Assembly (NCBI GenBank): GCA_965153355.1
Contig: OZ231126.1
Span: forward strand, 28,396,001-28,460,000
Direction: 5' to 3'
Length of the DNA stretch: 64,000 nt
From: Flaccisagitta enflata
Lineage: Eukaryota
The first letter of the stretch is position 1; the number at the start of each line of letters is the position of its first letter. Positions 59,031 through 64,000 of the stretch are shown here, in pieces. Both the position numbers and the translations under genes were made by a program. The notes beneath the pieces were generated by a model that worked only from the letters and a program-made list of their open reading frames with translations, made no database searches and was not told the origin of the DNA.

Positions 59031-61426
59031 AAAATCGTGAAAATGACCCATTTTTTAAAGTTAAATAAAAACTGTTCCTGTCATCCAATTATCTTCATTT
59101 TTGGTGGAATTGTTACCTATTATCTACCCTAACTTCACCTAAAATTTGAGCTCACTGCGCCAAACGGTTGCGGAGATATTGACGTTCAAAGTTACTTTGT
59201 CAGAGCAAAATCAGCATAATTGGCATTTGGGCCATTTTTGAGCTAGCATTAAATTTCTTTTTTTCGTCCAGAGACCTCCATTTTTGCTGAAGTTACTCAA
59301 GTTTAAGCATATATTCATATTCCAAAATTTCACACTTGTCAGCCAAGCTGTTTTAGGGATATGATTTTTGAGAAAAAGAATTTTTTTCTAAGAGGGCTAG
59401 TTAAAATTTTTTTTCAGAAACTCTTAAGTTGTAATTAACTATGTCAAAAAATAACAATTGGCAAAATTTTTTATTTGAAAAAAAAATTTTGGAGGGTAAA
59501 ACCCCTTACATTACATTTTGTGAATATTTCAAAATTTCATAACTTTGTCAAAATTTTTTTTGAAGAACTGAAATTTTGCATACTTATTAGTGAGTCCAAA
59601 AACTACTACCACACCAAAAATCAGGAGATTTTATTGAAAACCTGAGGAGATATTCCACTTTTTGTGTTTTTTGAGTTTTGGGTGCCGTAGCCCCAAAAAT
59701 AGGCGGAAAATCTCCAACAAAAAATGAATTTTATGTAAATGTGTCTTACTAATATACATATAAAAGATTTTTTTTTGTGTAATTTTTGTGGTTGAAATCA
59801 GCAAAAAACTGAAAAAAATTTTTTTGTAAAAAAAAAAATGAAATTCTCGGATTCGCTCCAAAACCTTATGCAATATAGAGGACCTATAGGTGCATAATGG
59901 GGTAAAAAATTTTAGCTTGATTCATAGCGGTTTGGCAGATATCGCTTCCCTGGAGTTGGTCAATTCTTCGATTCTCGTACTGTATGAATATTTAATTTTT
60001 CTTTTATATCCTTGTCATTACTGTATGACAAAGACTTGCTTATCTAATAAGTTATAGACAGTAAAATGGTAAGAGAAATATATGTTTTTTCAATAAACTA
60101 TTTTTTTCCTGTAAACAATATCTATGTAAACACTATAAAAAATTATTAAAATATGCAATTTTTTAATGCTAAAGTAGAAAAAAAAACAAAAAAACTAACG
60201 GACTGCATTATGCAAATGAAATTTTTATATTTTTAAAAATCTTTGAAAATTTTCAAGTTAGCTTTGTATAATTCTTATATTTCAAAAAATCTTTGAAAAT
60301 TTTCAAGTGAGCCTTATATTTCCAAAAATCTGAAAATTTTCAAGTGAGTGGAAGCGGTCTAATATAATTGTTATATTTTTTAGGTTTTGGCTGATTTTAT
60401 TAAGATGCAGTAGATTTATCGATCCCAATTAGCTCCCCTATGTCAGTACGGGTCTTGCTATCTTTCTGCACTTTTTTTTTTTCGAGGGTGCCAGTATAAT
60501 TCGGTTTAATTCGGTATATTCGGTATAATATAATATAATATTATATTGTATAATTTCCGCCTTTTCTGGTATAATTTCCATTATATTTATTATATTTTTT
60601 CCTGTTTTTTTTTAGTGTAAACATAGAAAAATATCAATGTTCTTTATTTATGGTAAGCTGAAATTAATATAAAGAAGAATATCATGTATTCTTAAGAATG
60701 TTATACATGATCAAGTACATCTCTTAATTTCAAGTTTTAAATATTGTAAAAGTTTTTGAATTTATATTTCACATTTTCTATATTTCTCCAATCTCTGATA
60801 CATCTGATTTTCAAGCGTGTGCAACTTATAGTGCAAAAATTTAATATCACTTTTTTTTTAAATCGTTTTAGTTCTTTAAAATCATCAAAATATTTTTTGA
60901 TTTGTCTGGTTTTTAAGCATCTGTAACCTAAAGTGCAAAGTTATGATATTAAATTTTTTTTTTTATTTCTATTTTCTTTATTTTAAAAGTCTTTGAAATA
61001 TTTTTTGATAAGTCTGGTTTTCAAGTGTGTGCAACCCATAGTGCGAATTTCCGATATCCAATAAGAGAGAGTAATGGTTTTGTATAACGCACCTTTACTT
61101 CAAGCAACGATGTCATAAAATGCTAATACGCAATAAAATGACACCAGAAGGAGTACGAGAGAGTCAGAAGTATATGAATTCATTTATAAGCGGCAATTTT
61201 AAACTGAGCTGTCTGGACACTTTTAAAAGCTCTCGATTTTTAGGCGGCATTACACTGGATCTTTGAAAGATGTAGTCTGCTGAGGAAAAAATGTCTTATT
61301 CTAACTATAATCGTATCTATCTACCTATTTTTATATCTTCCCGTCAATTGATCAATCAATTCATTCTTCTTTCTCAACTCTGTCTCTGTCTGTCTGTCTG
61401 TCGCTCTCTGTCTGTCTGTCTGTCTG

Positions 61427-61529
<103 letters not shown>

Positions 61530-61944
61530 GTTTTGGAACTAGGCCCATTCACCTTTTCCTATGCGTAAGTGTATGACGCAAAGTCAGACAGACATTTGGA
61601 TACACAAAAAGTTCAAAAGTGCAATAGAGAGGTTTTAAGTAAAGTACAAAAGAGAGATTTTAAGTAATCATCAAGCTCGTGGACTCCAAGCGCATTTCGT
61701 TACGTTGATAGATATCAGGATAATGATCAAAGTTACGTGCTCTTTAAGTCTGTTACGTTTTAATCAATGTTGTAGACTGCTGCTGCTGCTGCTGCCACGG
61801 AGGTTAAGATTTTACATGAATGGTATATTCATCAGAATATTTTTCAGTGAAAGCGTGGAATGTTATTCTTTTATTTTTAGTCGCGTGCTTCGCGACTCTA
61901 CTTCCCGCTATGTTGGTCCGTCGGTCGGTCGGTCGGTCGGTGCT

Positions 61945-63435
61945 TTGAAGTAGTCACTTAGTACATCAAGTTCTGAGTTCAGTAGGTGTACGAGTTCTGA
62001 CAGATCTTTTCCTTTAATGATAATGTTAGTATCGTCTGCATAAACTTAAATCGATTATAAATGACTGGCGTAGATTTTTTAAGAGCAGCTGGCAGGTCAT
62101 TGACATAGACAAGGAAGAGAAGTGGCCCAAGAATACTACCTTGAGGCACACCAACAAGCATTTTTTCCGATTTGCTTTTTACACCATATAAGTCCACATA
62201 TTGTGTCCTGTCAGTGAGGTAAGATTTGATCCATACAAGCATTTTCCCCCTTATGCCATAGTGTTCAAGTTTCTTAAGACGTCAAATCTGCCAGAAAAAA
62301 ATTAGGTGCTTCACCCTACTTTTGCATCAATAATGGAATAATTATCCATCCACAAATGTTTTCTTTGCTCAAAGTGTCACATGATACACTTGATATGTAT
62401 GTCTGTTTCTTATTTTACGCTTTAAGTCGCCTTTTGAAAAGCAATTCTCACAGAAAATGACAAGAAAATGAAGATTTTTAGGGAAATCTTGTTGACAATT
62501 TCTTCTTTTTTCTGAGGTCGAAATTATAAGAAAGCCACACCTGAAAGAATTTTGCATTTTCAAAAACATAGTTCTCTCTAGAAATGATTTAGGAAGAGAA
62601 CTATGTTCTTTGTTTTTTCTTTTTTTCATTTTCTATGCAAACTTATAATTTCGACCAACCCCTTGTCAGTGACAAAAAAGAAATTTGTAGAAATTTTCAG
62701 TAAATCTTCTTCAGTAGTATAAGCTAAATCTGAGTCTCTTGCTAAATGGATGCAAATTTTGCTTTCAAATATCATGCAAGTCTTATCTCAATCACTTTTA
62801 CTCACTTGCTTTCCTACATTCACTCATGTATTTTTTCTATTTTTACCAATTTTGATACCCTAAATGTTGGCTTCGAGGGCACGCTGTCTTAAAGAGGATA
62901 TTGTTGTCTAGGGTATCAAAGGCCTTTGAGAGATCACAAAATATTCCTATTGCATACTCGTTTGATTGCAGGGCTTTTTCTACAGTTTGCAAGAAGTCAA
63001 GTGTGGCATGAGTCGTTTTATGGTTTCTTCTGAAGCCATACTGCGACTTGAAGAGTATTTGGTAACGGACCAGAAAATCAAATATCTTATTGTATACAAG
63101 TTTTTCTAGAATTTTTAAAAAGACAGGAAGTAAGGAAATGGGGCGATAGTTTCCATATTTGTGTTTGTTTCCCTTCTCCTTGTAGATTGGTAGGACCCTA
63201 GCAATTTTGGTCATGTCTGGGAAGGTTCCTATTTCAATGGAGCAGTTAGCAACATGTGCTATTTTCGAAGCTAGTATGTCAGCATCCCGTATGACTACTC
63301 CTTGAGATAGTCCATATGTGTCACAGCTTTTCTTTTTATTTATTTTATTGCAGGCAGTGAGAACATCATTCTCGTTGAACTTTCCCATTTCTAGGCTCTC
63401 TGGATTTTTTTGGCAATATTTTGACAGGAAGTAAG
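61945..63435 (-). mobile_element. Degraded non-LTR retrotransposon (CR1/L2/Crack-type) reverse transcriptase fragment
   Basis: NYRPISLLPV, QYGFR, FCDLSKAFDT, GVPQGSILGPLLFLVYVNDLP, Y/ADDT; split by a 611-bp insertion and frameshifted at the YADD motif. Confidence 0.92.
62278..62888. mobile_element. 611-bp TTAA-specific insertion (Kolobok-like non-autonomous element)
   Basis: TTAA at 62274-77 and 62889-92, termini GAC...GTC; removing it plus one TTAA restores the RT frame DNNILFKKLEHYGIRG. Confidence 0.75.
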
Positions 63436-64000
63436 TCGCGTCTTTGTGTGTCTCACCAACGCTTTGGTTTGTGTCATTCACTCATTCATTCTCATTCACT
63501 CACTCACTCACTCACTCACTCACTCATTCACTTCTTCAGGTAGGACGAACGAAAGTCCCCCTGTGTTCTACAGGACTTTGTTCCCTTCGGGGCCGCTGCC
63601 CTGCTTCCCCTCACTCCAATTCACAATCACTAAAAGCAGGGCAACGGGTATCGCCGACCATATATTGCCCTTGGGCGACCTGTTGGCATTGCTGCTCTTG
63701 CCCAAATATGGCCCCTGCCCACCTGCACGCGACTGGGGTAGTCGTGTATCCGACCTTGTTTGATTGCCATTTCTAAATGAATTAACGTAGATAGGTCTAG
63801 CTGGCGCCATTTTTAGATAATAGTTATGTTTCATTTTCTCTCTAATTTTTAATCTCGGACACACGACTCTACACCTTGGTCCATCGGTCTGTCAGTCCGT
63901 ATCAATTTTGAGTTGCGAGTGGGTTTCTTTTTACTGCATCTGCTCATCTGGATTGGCATGTATATGGTCTTGTTCTTAGTTTCCTTATGGCAAATACACT

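Noticed and set aside
57700-61100. AT-rich region with short repeats as a defined element
   Set aside because: Probably DNA-transposon debris, but I could not pair termini or find TSDs by eye

Overview
Eukaryotic (invertebrate-animal-like) genomic DNA with very dense microsatellites, minisatellites and non-autonomous DNA transposons. Three genes can be reconstructed by hand. (1) A 10-exon PARP6/PARP8-family mono-ADP-ribosyltransferase on + (5054-16056) with phase-consistent GT-AG junctions, an extra UBA-like domain and coding tandem repeats, but one in-frame TGA (15487-15489, context ATG-TGA-ATG) just before the catalytic domain. (2) The first three coding exons of a KIF28-like kinesin-3 on - (42544-23935); I could not find the rest of its motor domain, so the PARP gene may be nested antisense in a very large kinesin intron. 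(3) A rhodopsin-family 7TM receptor on + (45081-46076) with one in-frame TAA. The window also holds a broken CR1/L2-type LINE reverse transcriptase, MITE-like elements whose ends and target duplications can be read directly (several nested), and a DINE-1/HINE-like dispersed family. Most ORFs in the supplied track are translations of simple repeats. All homology calls come from recalled motifs, not database searches.
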